In this document: piece after piece, positions 24,879-26,177 of the stretch
How the letters are laid out: every line of letters starts with the position of its first letter
Numbering within the stretch: the stretch's first letter is position 1
Source: a virus
Lineage: Duplodnaviria > Caudoviricetes
Reading direction: 5' to 3' (one strand)
IMG/VR virus record: IMGVR_UViG_3300010220_000007
Coordinates: 1-26,177 of that record
DNA length: 26,177 bases
Made by a program: the position numbers and the translations under genes
Notes under the pieces: model-generated
Databases searched by the model: none
What the model was told of the DNA's origin: nothing
What the model saw: only the letters and a program-made list of their open reading frames with translations

Positions 24879-26177
24879 TCAGCCCATATAACTCGACCGC
24901 ACCGCGCGGCGGCGCGGCAGCGTGCGTATCGGAACGGATGACGCCGTCGTGGCGGCGTCATCTGGCCGGTCCTGCTTCGTCACCCCGAGTTGCGCTTCAA
25001 GATCGGACCACCGCGCCTCGGGCCAGCGATCGGCGCCCGCGATCCACGCCGCCGCGCGGGCGTAGACCCTTGTGTCCAGCGCCTCGTTGCGCTCGCGGAG
25101 CTTCTGCCATTCTAGCTTGGCAAAGCCGCGCTTGTTTTTCACTGTCACCAGCTGCTCGGCGACGAGTTGCTTGAGCCACTCGCTGTCCACCCAGCCCGGC
25201 AGGTGCACCGTGCCGCGCGGGTGTATGGCCCCGGCCGCGCTCTCTTCGACCGTCGGTCGCTCCTGCCTGAGAAAGCGGTAGGTCTCGGCCTTGAAGGTCG
25301 AGGTGGCCACGGTCCAGAGCCGCGCGCCGCGCCGGAGCCGCTTGCCCGCGACTGTCGCGTCGACATAGGTCGGCCCGGTCACCGGACTCGTTCGCGCGAA
25401 CCCCTCGACGCCCTTCACCGGCGCCACCTGCGCAAAGCCCACCTGGCGCGACCAGGCATAGACCGCGCTGGTCTCATACCCCGTGTCGATGGCGAGCCGA
25501 GCGAGCGTCATCGGCTGACCCGACGCGTGCGTCCATGTCCGCCCCAGCAGGTCGGTCAGTTGCTGCCAGCAGGCTGGATCGCCGGGGCCGCCCTCGAGCA
25601 CGAGGTGATCGATGAGCCAGCTTTCCAGGCCGCGACCCCAGGCCCAGACGTCGACCTCGATCCGGTCCTTCTGGACGTCGGCGCCCGCGGTCAGGAACAA
25701 GCCGCGCTCAGGGACCGTGCCCGGGGACCACGCTTCGCGCCGGTCGGCCAGCCGCTGCCAGTCGGGCGCCTCGCCGGTCTCCATCCAGGTCTCGCCGAGG
25801 ATGGTGTTCCGGAACGCCCGCATCGCCTCGTCGCTGCCCCGTGCCGCCTCGTGCGCCCGCGCGATCCGCTGCCAGCTGAGCCACCCGACCGGTGAATAGA
25901 GCGCCGAGAGGTGGTAGCCGACCGTGGTCGGATCGGCGGCCGTGGTGGTCGCGCGCCACTCGCCGCGCTCGAGCATCTGCGTCTTGTGGTGCTCCGCGAT
26001 GGTCCGCTCGCAGCCCTCGCAGTGATATTCCGCCGTCTCCGGCCGCCCCTTTTCCCAGCGCAGCCGGTCGAACTTCAGCCACTGCATCGCGTCACAATGC
26101 GGGCACGGCACGAAGTAGCGCCGCTGGTCGGACGCCTCGAACTCCCGCTCGATGCGCGACAGCCCCCGGATCGTCGG
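24879..26177 (-). CDS. Terminase large subunit, GpA family (5'-truncated by the window)
   Basis: Frame open to the window edge (PTIRGLSRIEREFEASDQRRYFVPCPHC). Zn-finger CPHC...CEGC, nuclease LTAGADVQKDR, IDTG and RNEALD motifs. Confidence 0.95.
   Translation of the reverse strand, partial: PTIRGLSRIEREFEASDQRRYFVPCPHCDAMQWLKFDRLRWEKGRPETAEYHCEGCERTIAEHHKTQMLERGEWRATTTAADPTTVGYHLSALYSPVGWLSWQRIARAHEAARGSDEAMRAFRNTILGETWMETGEAPDWQRLADRREAWSPGTVPERGLFLTAGADVQKDRIEVDVWAWGRGLESWLIDHLVLEGGPGDPACWQQLTDLLGRTWTHASGQPMTLARLAIDTGYETSAVYAWSRQVGFAQVAPVKGVEGFARTSPVTGPTYVDATVAGKRLRRGARLWTVATSTFKAETYRFLRQERPTVEESAAGAIHPRGTVHLPGWVDSEWLKQLVAEQLVTVKNKRGFAKLEWQKLRERNEALDTRVYARAAAWIAGADRWPEARWSDLEAQLGVTKQDRPDDAATTASSVPIRTLPRRRAVRSSYMG

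Larger units (their letters stand above)
4015..26177 (-). mobile_element. Prophage late (packaging/head/tail/lysis) operon: lambda-like head plus GTA-like tail tip; extends beyond the right edge
   Basis: Continuous co-oriented, frequently overlapping genes in canonical siphovirus order from terminase to tail fibre. No frameshifts or internal stops seen other than the programmed chaperone site. Confidence 0.93.

Noticed and set aside
1-26177. CRISPR array, tRNA/rRNA, IS element
   Set aside because: No regularly spaced repeats, RNA-gene signatures or transposase ORFs seen. Intergenic gaps are all under about 230 nt.

Overview
High-GC DNA, probably alphaproteobacterial (Rhodobacteraceae/Rhizobiales-like; inferred from gene families), with two convergent modules. 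(1) 1-3788, + strand: the end of a likely defence operon. It holds the 3' part of a large Eco57I/DrmMI-like N6-adenine methyltransferase (type IIG-like), a very acidic 261-aa unknown protein and an HNH nuclease. (2) 4015-26177, - strand: an apparently intact late operon of a siphovirus-type prophage. It has a lambda-like head (GpA terminase, gpW, portal, ClpP-type protease, decoration protein, gpE-type capsid), a tail tube, a tail chaperone with a -1 slippery site and a tape measure. Its tail tip is RcGTA-like (DUF2460, DUF2163, NlpC/P60, megatron, DUF2793 fibre) and is interrupted by a seven-gene lysis cassette. Two cargo genes sit inside the structural operon: an unusual Pol-beta-like nucleotidyltransferase with a Cys cluster, and an antisense pRiA4b ORF-3 family gene. 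Two structured non-coding elements are present (about 3905-4000 and 20935-20978). No tRNA, rRNA, CRISPR array, integrase or att site was seen. All family assignments come from motif recognition and synteny, not from database searches.
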